A stretch of DNA of 63,974 bases, filler included, from Guillardia theta CCMP2712 (GCF_000315625.1; 8 parts of 8 records of this genome joined end to end with filler, not necessarily neighbours in it); one strand, 5' to 3'; positions 51,556 to 63,575 are shown, counted from the whole stretch's first letter. Notes: a model not told the origin generated them from the sequence alone. Numbers and translations: made by a program.

Positions 51556-52230
51556 GCAGCGCCGGTTATTTCAGGCAGCGCCGGTTATTTCAGGCAGCGC
51601 CGGTTATTTCAGGCAGCGCCGGTTATTTCAGGCAGCGCCGGTTATTTCAGGCAGCGCCGGTTATTTCAGGCAGCGCCGGTTATTTCAGGCAGCGCCGGTT
51701 ATTTCAGGCAGCGCCGGTTATTTCAGGCAGCGCCGGTTATTTCAGGCAGCGCCGGTTATTTCAGGCAGCGCCGGTTATTTCAGGCAGCGCCGGTTATTTC
51801 AGGCAGCGCCGGTTATTTCAGGCAGCGCCGGTTATTTCAGGCAGCGCCGGTTATTTCAGGCAGCGCCGGTTATTTCAGGCAGCGCCGGTTATTTCAGGCA
51901 GCGCCGGTTATTTCAGGCAGCGCCGGTTATTTCAGGCAGCGCCGGTTATTTCAGGCAGCGCCGGTTATTTCAGGCAGCGCCGGTTATTTCAGGCAGCGCC
52001 GGTTATTTCAGGCAGCGCCGGTTATTTCAGGCAGCGCCGGTTATTTCAGGCAGCGCCGGTTATTTCAGGCAGCGCCGGTTATTTCAGGCAGCGCCGGTTA
52101 TTTCAGGCAGCGCCGGTTATTTCAGGCAGCGCCGGTTATTTCAGGCAGCGCCGGTTATTTCAGGCAGCGCCGGTTATTTCAGGCAGCGCCGGTTATTTCA
52201 GGCACCATGGAAAAGCGCCGGTTATTTCAG
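51556..52230 (+). repeat. 34 perfect copies of 19-mer GCAGCGCCGGTTATTTCAG plus one 29-nt variant unit
   Basis: 51556-52201 = 646 nt = 34 x 19, then GCACCATGG-AAAAGCGCCGGTTATTTCAG (52202-52230). Confidence 0.98.
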
Positions 52231-55200
52231 GCACCATGGCTGCACGCGTGGTGTAGGGGAAGCCGCCAGGGCGCCAAGGAAGCTGCAAGCGAAAGGTTTG
52301 TATACGTCAAATAGCTTTCTAAGTATGGTTCTTCAGTATGATGAAAATGTTCGCAACCTGCTGTATCGGAGATCATGCCAATACACGCAGCGCGGACTTG
52401 TGGATGCCTCTGTCCTCGAAGCTGATCTTGTCGAGAGGGTGAAGAGCTTCGCGAAGCGTTATCCGAACAGCAGGACAGCTCAGGCTTGCAAGGCTGTGGA
52501 GGGATGCACCCCCGACGCTATCGCAGAAGCCATCCGCTCGACATGTCAGCAGGCACGACGTGAGCTTCTACAAGAAGCGATGACTGGATGGAGTGACGCA
52601 TCCAGAGAGTGGTTTATGCAGCAGATTGAAGAAGCCAAGAAGGAGAAGGTCGAGACATACACCGCCTCAGCAGGCAACGAGGTGACTTCCTTCATCTCCA
52701 TGACTCTCCTGGGCATCTCCTCGGTGTATGTCAACCATGAAGAGAAGCTGAAGAAGAAATTCGAAGAGATCGGACTGATCGTAGACTCAGTGCAAGAGAG
52801 TAAAGCAATCATGTGGAAGGCTCCGTATAGACCCGAGATAGCGAGTGCTGAGGAGATCCCGGTGACTGTTTCCTTCCTCCGCAATGCACAAGCGGAGAAG
52901 CTCTGGCAGGGAAGAGAGGACTTCGCGATCGATGGTCGCAAGTTCACAGCTGTACATGTGAGCATCGTGCACGATCGATCTTTCAAGATTCGAGCCAAGA
53001 GAGGACCCTGGGGCAAAGGGGGCAGCTTGGCAGAGCTGACCCACCTGCTAACCTTGGGCGGCATGACAACAGCAGAGATAGCTGCCGTCTATCGCTATCA
53101 GCTGCTGCGCCAGTCCCTTGCAGCGGTCCAACTCCAGCCGCTGGCAGGCATGCTGGTCGCTGGGGCGCCAGGCCAGCAAGTCCACAAAGGCTTAGGTCAG
53201 AAAGGCTTCATCGCTGTAGGGGCCAACGTCATCTGGAGACAGAGGGAGGTGGAGTGGATCGTCTCCTCGAGCTGCCCAGAGGCGAATGATACAGCATTTC
53301 GAGCTTTCCGAGAGAGCGAAGCGATGGAGGGAGTACACCTGACTCTGTTCAGCGAGGACCCGAAGATCAGAGAGGCGCTCGCAGTCGAGTTGACAGCTGA
53401 TCGCTTTGTGTCCAGAAATAAGTTGAAGAAGGCATCAAGGATGCAGAAGAAGGCAGGCGGCAAGGACGGCAAGGAGATCAAGATCATCATCAAGTCGACG
53501 GCGGCATCTGGTCGCTTCACGAGGAAGGAGATGGAGGGGCTGTGCAACGGCGGCAACACGTCCATCGCAAGAGTCAAGAGAGTCTTGTTGGAGATCGCTA
53601 ACAGGCTCGAGATCAACGTTGAAGGCATCGACATGGAGGAGGATTTGAACACCAAGTCCTGGAACGGGTCCAAGCTATGCATCCTCCTCGGCTCCACGGA
53701 GGATGCTCGACGCATGATGAAGGAGCTGCCCTTCTATCTCGAAGGCGCAGCAACCAAGCTCGAAGCAGTCGGCTTCGACAAGGAGCCTGAGGCGGCTGGT
53801 CAGCGGGGCACCAGCGACGCAGCGCAGCGACAGGAGGAGAGCGAGGGAGAGTGGCTGGAGTTTACAGACCTGGAGAGGATCACAATGGAGGCAGCATCTC
53901 CGTCAAGCCAAGAGGACATGCAGCTCGTCAGCGAGCTGTCAGCAGTCATCGAAGATGCAGCTTCTTTGAACGAGACGGGGACGAGCGAGCCGATCAAGCT
54001 GGTCCTGGACAAGGCCGTTGGCAACCTCCACGACACGTTCTACTCTCCGGGGAGCCTGGAGTTCATGGCGCTGGGAGAGTGGGCGAAGATGCCAGAGGAG
54101 CAGGGAGTTGGGCGCAACGTTCTCAAGGAGAAGCTGGGGAAGTGGCTGCAGAGCAAGCGCTGGACTCGCGTGCAAGGAGAGAGCAAGAAGGCAAGGAGGG
54201 GCAGCGCGTTCTCGCCACGGGCAACGGCAGCTGCTGAGCTTGAGCAGGAGGCGGAGAGCGACGACATAGAGCGTCGATCTCTTAGCCTCCTGTTCATAGC
54301 ACTGAGTAAATTCGCAGAGATGCATGTGCTGGCCTGCTCGCTGAAGGTGGACAAGAAGGACCGACTGCGAGTGGAGATGAGGGAAGATGGGCACCATGGC
54401 TGCACGCGTGGTGTAGGGGAAGCTGCCAGGGCGCCAAGGAAGCTGCAAGCGAGAGGTTTGTATACTTCAAATAGCTTTCTAAGTATGGTTCTTCAGTATG
54501 ATGAAAATGTTCGCAACCTGCTGTATCGGAGATCATGCCAATACACGCAGAGCGGACTTGTGGATGCCTCTGTCCTCGAAGCTGATCTCGTCGAGAGGGT
54601 GAAGAGCTTCGCGAAGCGTTATCCGAACAGCAGGACAGCCCAGGCTTGCAAGGCTGTGGAGGGATGCACCCCCGACGCTATCGCAGAAGCCATCCGCTCG
54701 ACATGTCAGCAGGCACGACGTGAGCTTCTGCAAGAAGCGATGACTGGATGGAGTGACGCATCCAGAGAGTGGTTTATGCAGCAGATTGAGGAAGCCAAGA
54801 AGGAGAAGGTCGAGACATACACCGCCTCAGCAGGCAACGAGGTGACTTCCTTCATCTCCATGACTCTCCTGGGCATCTCCTCGGTGTATGTCAACCATGA
54901 AGAAAAGCTGAAGAAGAAATTTGAAGAGATCGGACTGATCGTAGACTCAGTGCAAGAGAGTAAAGCAATCATGTGGAAGGCTCCGTATAGACCCGAGATA
55001 GCGAGTGCTGAGGAGATCCCGGTGACTGTTTCCTTCCTCCGCAATGCACAAGCGGAGAAGCTCTGGCAGGGAAGAGAGGACTTCGCGATCGATGGTCGCA
55101 AGTTCACAGCTGTACATGTGAGCATCGTGCACGATCGATCTTTCAAGATTCGAGCCAAGAGAGGACCCTGGGGCAAAGGGGGCAGCTTGGCAGAGCTGAC

Positions 55201-56218
55201 TCACCTGCTAACCTTGGGCGGCATGACAACGGCTGAGATAGCTGCCGTCTATCGCTATCAGCTGCTGCGCCAGTCCCTTGCAGCGGTCCAACTCCAGCCG
55301 CTGGCAGGCATGCTGGTCGCTGGGGCGCCAGGACAGCAAGTCCACAAAGGCTTAGGTCAGAAAGGCTTCATCGCTGTAGGGGCCAACGTCATCTGGAGAC
55401 AGAGGGAGGTGGAGTGGATCGTCTCCTCGAGCTGCCCAGAGGCGAATGATACAGCATTTCGAGCTTTCCGAGAGAGCGAAGCGATGGAGGGAGTACACCT
55501 GACTCTGTTCAGCGAGGACCCGAAGATCAGAGAGGCGCTCGCAGTCGAGTTGACAGCTGATCGCTTTGTGTCCAGAAATAAGTTGAAGAAGGCATCAAGG
55601 ATGCAGAAGAAGGCAGGCGGCAAGGACGGCAAGGAGATCAAGATCACCATCAAGTCGACGGCGGCATCTGGTCGCTTCACGAGGAAGGAGATGGAGGGGC
55701 TGTGCAACGGCGGCAACACGTCTATCGCAAGAGTCAAGAGAGTCTTGTTGGAGATCGCTAACAGGCTCGAGATCAACGTTGAAGGCATCGACATGGAGGA
55801 GGATTTGAACACCAAGTCCTGGAACGGGTCCAAGCTATGCATCCTCCTCGGCTCCACGGAGGATGCTCGACGCATGATGAAGGAGCTGCCCTTCTATCTC
55901 GAAGGCGCAGCAACCAAGCTCGAAGCAGTCGGCTCCGACAAGGAGCCTGACTCTGAGGCGGCTGGTCAGCGGGGCACCAGCGACGCAGCGCAGCGACAGG
56001 AGGAGAGCGAGGGAGAGTGGCTGGAGTTTACAGACCTGGAGAGGATCACAATGGAGGCAGCATCTCCGTCAAGCCAAGAGGACATGCAGCTCGTCAGCGA
56101 GCTGTCAGCAGTCATCGAAGATGCAGCTTCTTTGAACGAGGCAGGGACGAGCGAGCCGATCAAGCTGGTCCTGGACAAGCGCCGTTGGCAACCTCCACGA
56201 CACGTTCTACTCTCCGGG
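52231..56218 (+). mobile_element. Head-to-tail 2160-bp units forming one continuous ORF; ORF1 (RRM-like) of a putative retroelement
   Basis: Units start at 52231 and 54391 with GCACCATGGCTGCACG. Intronless. The segment MTLLGISS..EEKLKKKFEEIG..PVTVSFLRNAQAEKLW..IDGRKFTAVH resembles LINE ORF1 RRM/CTD. The second copy runs into a gap. Confidence 0.6.
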
Positions 56219-56722
56219 ANNNNNNNNNNNNNNNNNNNNNNNNNNNNNNNNNNNNNNNNNNNNTTAATTAATTAANNNNNNNNNNNNNNNNNNNNNNNNN
56301 NNNNNNNNNNNNNNNNNNNTCTTCTCCTTCTCCTTCATCGACCTGAGAGGAGCGCGAGCTGGAGGTGAGCCGAAGGTGACTGATGTCCTCGAGGTCCTCT
56401 CTCGCCTCCTTCACCTCTCAGCTCCAGCTGTACCATCTCTCAGCTTCTCCTGCTTCTCCTCCACCTGCCCGTCTCCCGGCTGACGCCTGGCTGTCTGCCC
56501 CATGTCACCCACCAAGTTCGCGTCTCAGTCTTGCGGCACAGCATCACTCGCTTCAAGTCTCAAAGATAAGAGAGGAACTTGAACAAGGAGAGACAAGCTT
56601 GCCCGCCGGCTTTTGATCACCAAAAGATGATACTTGAACCGTAAAGATCTTGTAACCAGAGATTGCTGTCGCGAGGGTGGAACATCCGTTTCAAGGCATT
56701 TGAAGAGGTTGTGCAGTCTTAT

Positions 56723-57031
56723 CTTGCTCACCGATGCACAAGTGAGCTTGCTCACCGATGCACAAGTGAGCTTGCTCACCGATGCACAAGTGAGCTTGCT
56801 CACCGATGCACAAGTGAGCTTGCTCACCGATGCACAAGTGAGCTTGCTCACCGATGCACAAGTGAGCTTGCTCACCGATGCACAAGTGAGCTTGCTCACC
56901 GATGCACAAGTGAGCTTGCTCACCGATGCACAAGTGAGCTTGCTCACCGATGCACAAGTGAGCTTGCTCACCGATGCACAAGTGAGCTTGCTCACCGATG
57001 CACAAGTGAGCTTGCTCACCGATCCACAAGT
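56723..57031. repeat. 24-bp minisatellite CTTGCTCACCGATGCACAAGTGAG, 12 perfect + 1 variant partial copy
   Basis: Directly visible. Confidence 0.97.
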
Positions 57032-58354
57032 AGCTCCGGCAGTCTCTCATGTGTAAGGCTAGCCACCAGTAGCTCTGTGACATCAACACGTCCCTCGATC
57101 GCAGTCTCCTGGGAGTTGCTGATTTGATCCTACTCAAAGCTGACGATCAAGAGACTTGAAATAACAGTCAGACTCGGAATCGACTAGTACCTCCCAGTGT
57201 TTTCCGGCAACTTCATGTCCGGTCCGCAGTGTAGCTGATATCCGACCGACCAATCTGGCTGGGGAGAGGCTTGTTGTTCCTAGAGTGCATCCGAAGATCG
57301 ATCAAACAGATTGTGGCTGGGATACTAGTGATAGGGCTGACTTGAAACAACTTGCGGCTAGAGAGAGAGCCTGATTGAAGAGAAGAGTCATCCGAATGTG
57401 TGTAACGAGACTTGATGGGATTGCACGAGTTTGCAGCAGAAACGAAAAAAACACCAACAAACAGAAACTGCAGAAAACATCATGACTGACCAGACATGAG
57501 ATCAACATGGTTGGCATGTATACGAGGCTTGAGACTCCTGGGTCATGACGGATCGAAATCAAGCTTGTTGCAAGTGGACCGACGTTGTGTGACGCACGGA
57601 AGTCTCGAGTCTGATTTTGAAAGCAGACCCGAGAATTTCAAAGTCTTTGAGACTTTTTGAAGCTCATTCCAGTGTCACACAACTCCGCAAGCTCCGAGCG
57701 ACTGTGTGCAAGAGCCGCCGCTTCGTAAACAGTCCTCCGAGTGTACCGGCAGACACTCGCCAACCTACTTGGCTCAACGCCGAGGACCGAGCTCAGGAGT
57801 ACCCGTAGTCAGGTCAGACTGTTAGGCTAGATAGCACCCGGGTGTGTAGACAGGTCATAGGCTGCTAGGATGTCTCGCGAGGTCTTCTCTGGCAAGGGAT
57901 CGGGTGAGACCGGGTTACCCCTTTAATGAAAGTTGGCGTGTATGGACTATGGGTGGAGGGGGTGGCATTCGGCCCTGTTGGTGCGTGACCGGGTTGGTGC
58001 TGGAGGAATGGGATCTGGCCTTGTGCTGACCGCTGACGTGGCTATCAAAGACCACCATCAGAAGCATGACGATTGAGTCACTCTCTTTCCTGTCTCATGG
58101 ACGCGATTCCAACCCCCCCGATGTGGTTCATCCATCCTCCCGTTGGACAAGACAAGGTCTCCAACCTCTTCCTCGTGAATGCCGGTTTTCGCTGCCTCCA
58201 TCGTTTCCTAGTATTTTATTGAGGCGGGTTTGTTGGCTCTATCCTCCCCCTCCTTTGTTTGCTCCGGTTTGTCCTTCTTTTTCAGTCAATAAATTGAATG
58301 ATCACTTGCTTTCCCTTCTCTCCTCCCATGCATCTCTCCCTCGCACCCATCACG

Positions 58355-58473
58355 CCATCTTGCTCTAGAGTCACTTTGCTCGGACTCTTGTTTGTCTTGG
58401 CAACACCTTCTTCCATCTTGCTCTAGAGTCACTTTGATCGGACTCTTGTTTGTCTTGGCAACACCTTCTTCCA
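58355..58473. repeat. 58-bp tandem duplication
   Basis: CCATCTTGCTCTAGAGTCACTTTG[C/A]TCGGACTCTTGTTTGTCTTGGCAACACCTTCTT occurs at 58355 and 58413. Confidence 0.9.
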
Positions 58474-60643
58474 CTCTTCCGTGTGAGACGCTGTCATCGG
58501 TTACCTGACGCCGCGCGTCGACCCGAGACGAAGAGACAAGTTGGTTCGTGCCGAGCATCGTTTGTCCCAAGAGTCATCGTGTGCTGATCAGAGGATCTCA
58601 GCTGCTCCCGGCTCTGATCTCATTACTGCTCCTTGGGTCACTGAGCACTCGCTCACACAATGTATAACTCAAGATCTTGAATGTTTGATCGATCAGAGTT
58701 CGTTTCACTCTACTGCGTCTCACAACATTCAGTAACGAGGAGAACAGTCACATAGGCTAGTGTAGCCGTTCTCTTTGGTTGCCGGGTCAGTTAACCCCAC
58801 GTCTCTTGGTACTAACTTTAGTCTATTTCAAACCTAAATTCAGTTGAGTCAAGAAGGAAAAGTCAGGTGGGCAATTTAGTCAAATGAGTCAAATGATTAC
58901 GAGGGGACGATGAGGCGGAGGAGCTGAGAGGATGTGGTCATGAAGCTGGCCGGGCTGTAGTGACGTCTAGTCATCATGGGTGGAAATGAAGCTTGTTGCT
59001 AGCCGGGGATCACCCGAGCGCTCTTAGACGCATGACCGTGACCGTCACGAGCCGCAGCCGCGAAGTTGGTGAAGCATCCAGCTCACAACCCTTGGTCTTG
59101 ACCCCTCGGGCCCAGGTCTGCTCCGAGGCCCTCGCCAGCTGACTCCTTCATTTAAGGGTGGATCAGCGAGCTCAGGAGTACCGGTAGTCAGCGGAGACTG
59201 TCAGAGCTCGCTGTACCGTCACGTTGTCTTACGGTCCGATCTTCAGCCTCCGGGCCGAGGCTCCGGTACGGTCACTGAGCCTCAGATCGCAGTAGATGAC
59301 TTTAGTCAACCCTAACGGTTTTCATCGGCAGCAGTCCGCCTCGGATCCGTTGCTCCAATTAGCGTCCACCCCTTACGCTGACTAGCGGAAACCTGGAGCT
59401 TCTGGGGGTGGGGTAGGGCAGTGCAAAATACATCAACAGGTAGGGTAGGCTGGTGTCGCTCACCCGTACCTGACACCCGGAAACCATGGTATTGAAGAGG
59501 GTGGTATACGACTAGGGTAGGGCTCCATGTAAAGGGGTGGTCGGGAGGAGAGAGGGAGAGAGGATGGAAGGAGCTTGAGGGAGGGTGACGACAAGCTTGT
59601 CTTGTAGCTAGAGTGTGAGAGATGTCTTGTAGCTGCTGCAGAGAGAAGGAGAAGAGGAGAAGAGGAGAGGAGAGGAGGAGAAGATAGAAGAGGATAGGAT
59701 AGAAGAGGAGAGAATAGGAGAGGAGAACAGAGGAGAGAAGTTTAGTGAAATAAAGAGGAGAGGAGGGGAGGAGCGAAAAGGAGAGGAGATGATAAAAGAG
59801 GAGAGGAGAGGAGAGGAGAGGAGAAGAGAGGAGAGGAGAGGAGAGGAGAGAAGTTTAATGAAATAGAGAGGAAAGGCGACAAGAGAAGCGAAGAGAAGAG
59901 AAGTTTGGTGAAATCAAAAGAAGAATAGGTGAGAATAGGAGAAGAGAGGAGAGCAAAGCAGAAGAGGGAAGGGAAAGGAAGGGAAGAGAACAGAAGAGAA
60001 GTTAAGGGAAACAAAAGAAGTGGAGAGAAGAGAACAAAGGAGTGAAGAGAAGAGAAAAATGGAGAGGAGAGAAGAGGAGAGGAGATGAATCGGACATTCA
60101 TGGGGGANNNNNNNNNNNNNNNNNNNNNNNNNNNNNNNNNNNNNNNNNNNNTTAATTAATTAANNNNNNNNNNNNNNNNNNNNNNNNNNNNNNNNNNNNN
60201 NNNNNNNAGAGTTTGGGTGCAAGAGAAGGTGGAGATTTGATGGTGGAATGCAAGATCAACGGAAGGGCATTGCAAGATCGGCTCGCATCAACGCTCCATT
60301 ATCCATGACGGCATGTGCAGAAGTCCAGAGGCAAAGCAAACTATGGCAGGCGTGCCTAAGATCTATTCACCAGGGGCCCGATGGAGGCAGTACGGCGGCC
60401 AGGCCGCGGGGCCGGGTGCCGGTGATAAGTTCGGACTGGCGAACCTGAAACTTCGAAACGCGGCGCTTCATAATAAACTTAGTAATGCCATGGCAATGAT
60501 TGTCCTCGTAATGCAGTGATTTTTAAATATACTTGAGGCAGGCGTGACGCGGGCCGGTAGTCCGTCAATCCCGGAGTCTTTATTTCAATCCGTCACTCCT
60601 CCACCCCCTACCAGTACCAAGAACACCTCCGATCAATCTGGGC

Positions 60644-61046
60644 ATGCCGCGCGGCGCCTATCAGCCCCCCCCCTCTCCAGTGTCAGTCTTTCTCGATTGC
60701 TACCAATCCCAGAAGTCAGGACTCCTTTGCCCGGGGGAGGAAGGAGGGAGGGAGGAGGAAGAGGAGTGAGTAGGAGGAGGAGGGAGGGGATGGGGAAATA
60801 GGAGGATGATTTATGTTGCAGCTACGAGCTCGTGATATGCCGGGACCGGCAGACATTCCGACGCCAGCTCTACCGAAACCTTCGGGAGGCAGGTGAGGAA
60901 GGAAGGAGGGGAGGAGGAGGAGGAGGAGGGAGGACAGGACGAGGAAGGGAAGGAGGACGAGGATGAGTGTGGGAGACGACGGAAAGGAAGAGGAAAATAA
61001 TGTTGTGAGAGTGCAGAGAAGGGGGCGGAGAGAAGAAGTTGAGATA

Positions 61047-61082
<36 letters not shown>

Positions 61083-61860
61083 AAGGACGAGGACGAGGAC
61101 GAGGAGGTGTCTTATTCTGATGCTGCAGGTTCAACGTTTCGAACCCAAAGTCGGACATCGACTGGTTGATCTACAAAGCTGCGCGGGTATGAGGGGGAAG
61201 GAGAGGAGAGCGAAGAGAAGAGAAGAGAAGGGAAGGGAAGGGAAGGGAAGAGAAGAGAAGATAAGAGAAGAGAAGAGAAGAGAAGAGGAAATAAGGGAGA
61301 TGCAGTGAGAGGGCAGGACAGGACAGGACAGGACAGGACAGGACAGGACAGGATAGAAGGAATTCGTGTAGAATACATTGTCCCTGTCAAGGTTTCATCG
61401 TCTCTCCTCCTCTTTGACGCCTGTTGCATTTCAATTGTTCTGGTGATTTCGATCTCCAGTTACCAGGGCCCTCCAGCTACACTCTTCCTCCTACCCCCTT
61501 GCCAAGGTTCCTCCACCCCTCCCATTTCCCTCCTTTCCTCCTTTCGGCTACTCCTTTCCAAACCATCGTTTGGTTTTCTCCCTCCCTCTACTTTCCTCTC
61601 CTCTCTTCTGCTCTCCTCTCCTCTCCTCTCCTCTCCTCTCCTCTCCTCTCCTCTCTTCTCCTCCCCTCCCCTCGTCTCCTCCCATCCCCCCCTCCTCTCC
61701 TCTCCCCTCCCCTCCCCTCCCTCTTTGTCGCTTTCTCCTCTCTTCCTCCTCTGCATCTCACTCTACTGCTTCTTCAAGAGGAGGAGCGTTCAATCAAGGG
61801 AGGTCGAAAACGGAACTGGATTGGATCGAACTTCGAGCATCGAAACTTCCAGGACCAGGT
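60644..61860 (+). CDS. PGP(G)-repeat (SHIPPO/ODF3-like) protein, multi-exon, incomplete
   Basis: Exons LRARDMPGPADIP, RFNVSNPKSDIDWLIYKAAR, LPGPSSYTLP and GAFNQGRSKTELDWIELRASKLPGPG. Confidence 0.65.
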
Positions 61861-61887
61861 CAGGCAAATTGAAGAAAAGAAAGGGGA

Positions 61888-61937
<50 letters not shown>

Positions 61938-62569
61938 CAGGGACCAGGGACAGGGGACCAGGGACCAGGGACCAGGGACCAGGGACCAGGGACCAGGGAC
62001 CAGGGACCAGGGACCAGGGACCAGGGACGAGGACGAGGACGAGGACGAGGAGGCAGAGTGGAAAAAGAGGATTTAGAAGAGGAGGAGGGTGCGAGGAGGA
62101 AGGATGCTGATGATGATNNNNNNNNNNNNNNNNNNNNNNNNNNNNNNNNNNNNNNNNNNNNTTAATTAATTAANNNNNNNNNNNNNNNNNNNNNNNNNNN
62201 NNNNNNNNNNNNNNNNNTCCCTCGTCCCTCCCTCCTTCCTCCCGCCTCCCTCGTCCCTCCCTCCTCTGGTCCCCTCCCTCGTCCCTCCCTCCTTCCTCCC
62301 GCCTCCCTCGTCCCTCCCTCCTCCTGGTCCCCTCCCTCGTCCCTCCCTCCTCTTCCCATCTCCTCGCTTACTTCCTCCCTCCCCTGCTCTTCCCTCTTCC
62401 TTTTCCCCTGCCTGCCACATCCCGCCCCCTGTTTTGCTCTCTAATCCCAGCCATGCTCCTCCTCTCCTCCTCCTCCCTCTCCCTCTCCCCCTCCTCCCCC
62501 TCCTCCTCCTCCTCTCTCATGATTTTCTTACTCCCACCTCCTCGTCTGCAGCCATTCCAACCTCCTCCA

Positions 62570-63575
62570 ACGTCTGGTGCTCAAGTTTTCTGATCCTCAC
62601 TCGCTGCGAGCTCAAGCGACTTCCGCTCGCTCCTCCGTTCCTGCGCAGTTGCCACCTCGTAAGTTCCCTTCCCTCCCCACTCTCCACTTCTCCTCCTCTT
62701 TTCCTGGCTCTCCTCCCCTGCCCTCCTCTGCCGCTCCTCCTCTGCCCCTCTTCTGCTCACTCACGTTGGTGAGGCTCCGAGGTACCGCACAGCTGCACGG
62801 GACGCGGCTCGTCGCGCCGCCATGGCGCATTCCTCCGAGGTGCCATGCTGGAGCTGGTGAGTGAAAGTTAGCGTGGTAGTGGTGGTGGAGGAGGAGGAGG
62901 ACAGACACAAGGAGGAGGAGGAGGAGGAGGAGAAGGAGGGAGAAGGAGGAGGGAGGAGAGGGAGAAGGAGGAGAAGGAAGGTGCTGTGATGGATACGAAG
63001 GGGGTGACAAGGGAGAAGAGAACCGACAAAAGTTCTTTCAGCTGCATGAGGTGATGGTGATGGTGATTGTGATGATGGTGAGGAAGACAAGAGATCAATA
63101 GATAGTTGGTCATGGAGGTGGTGAAAGAAGACAAAGTGGTAGTGCTGAGAGGTCTGGAGAGGAGGAAGAGGAGCAGAGAGGAGGAAGAGTGAGGAGGAAG
63201 ATGAAGAAGAACAGAAGAGGAAGAGGAGAGGGACGGGAAGGGAACCAGAAGGTTTTCTGCTGGCTGAGATGTGATGGATGGAAGGAACCATTCTCCCTCC
63301 TGGAAGGAACCATCCTCGTTTGTGAACACCCTCCTCTTCTGCCTGGAGCCACTAACAGTCAGAACAACATGGAGGAGGAGGAGGAGGAGGAGGAGGAGGA
63401 GGAGGAGGAGGAGGAGAAAGCAAAGTTTCACAAGCCTTACAGCAGTATTTCGACTTCACCCGCAGCAGCTGTTCGTAGCAGTAGAACATGTACTTCACTT
63501 CGCTTCACCTCCTCCTCATGCTCAGTCGCCTGCTCTACCTCCGCGTCCTTGATAGCAAGAATGTTGGCATCTGAG
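62570..63575 (-). CDS. Hypothetical multi-exon protein
   Basis: Short coding exons between pyrimidine-rich introns (e.g. ANILAIKDAEVEQATEHEEEVKRSEV). Confidence 0.35.

Noticed and set aside
51556-52201. CRISPR-like array
   Set aside because: The units are contiguous and identical with no spacers, there are no cas genes, and the context is eukaryotic.
56723-57031. CRISPR-like palindromic repeat or repeat-protein ORFs (LLTDAQVS, CIGEQAHL)
   Set aside because: No spacers. The ORFs are by-products of a 24-nt period.
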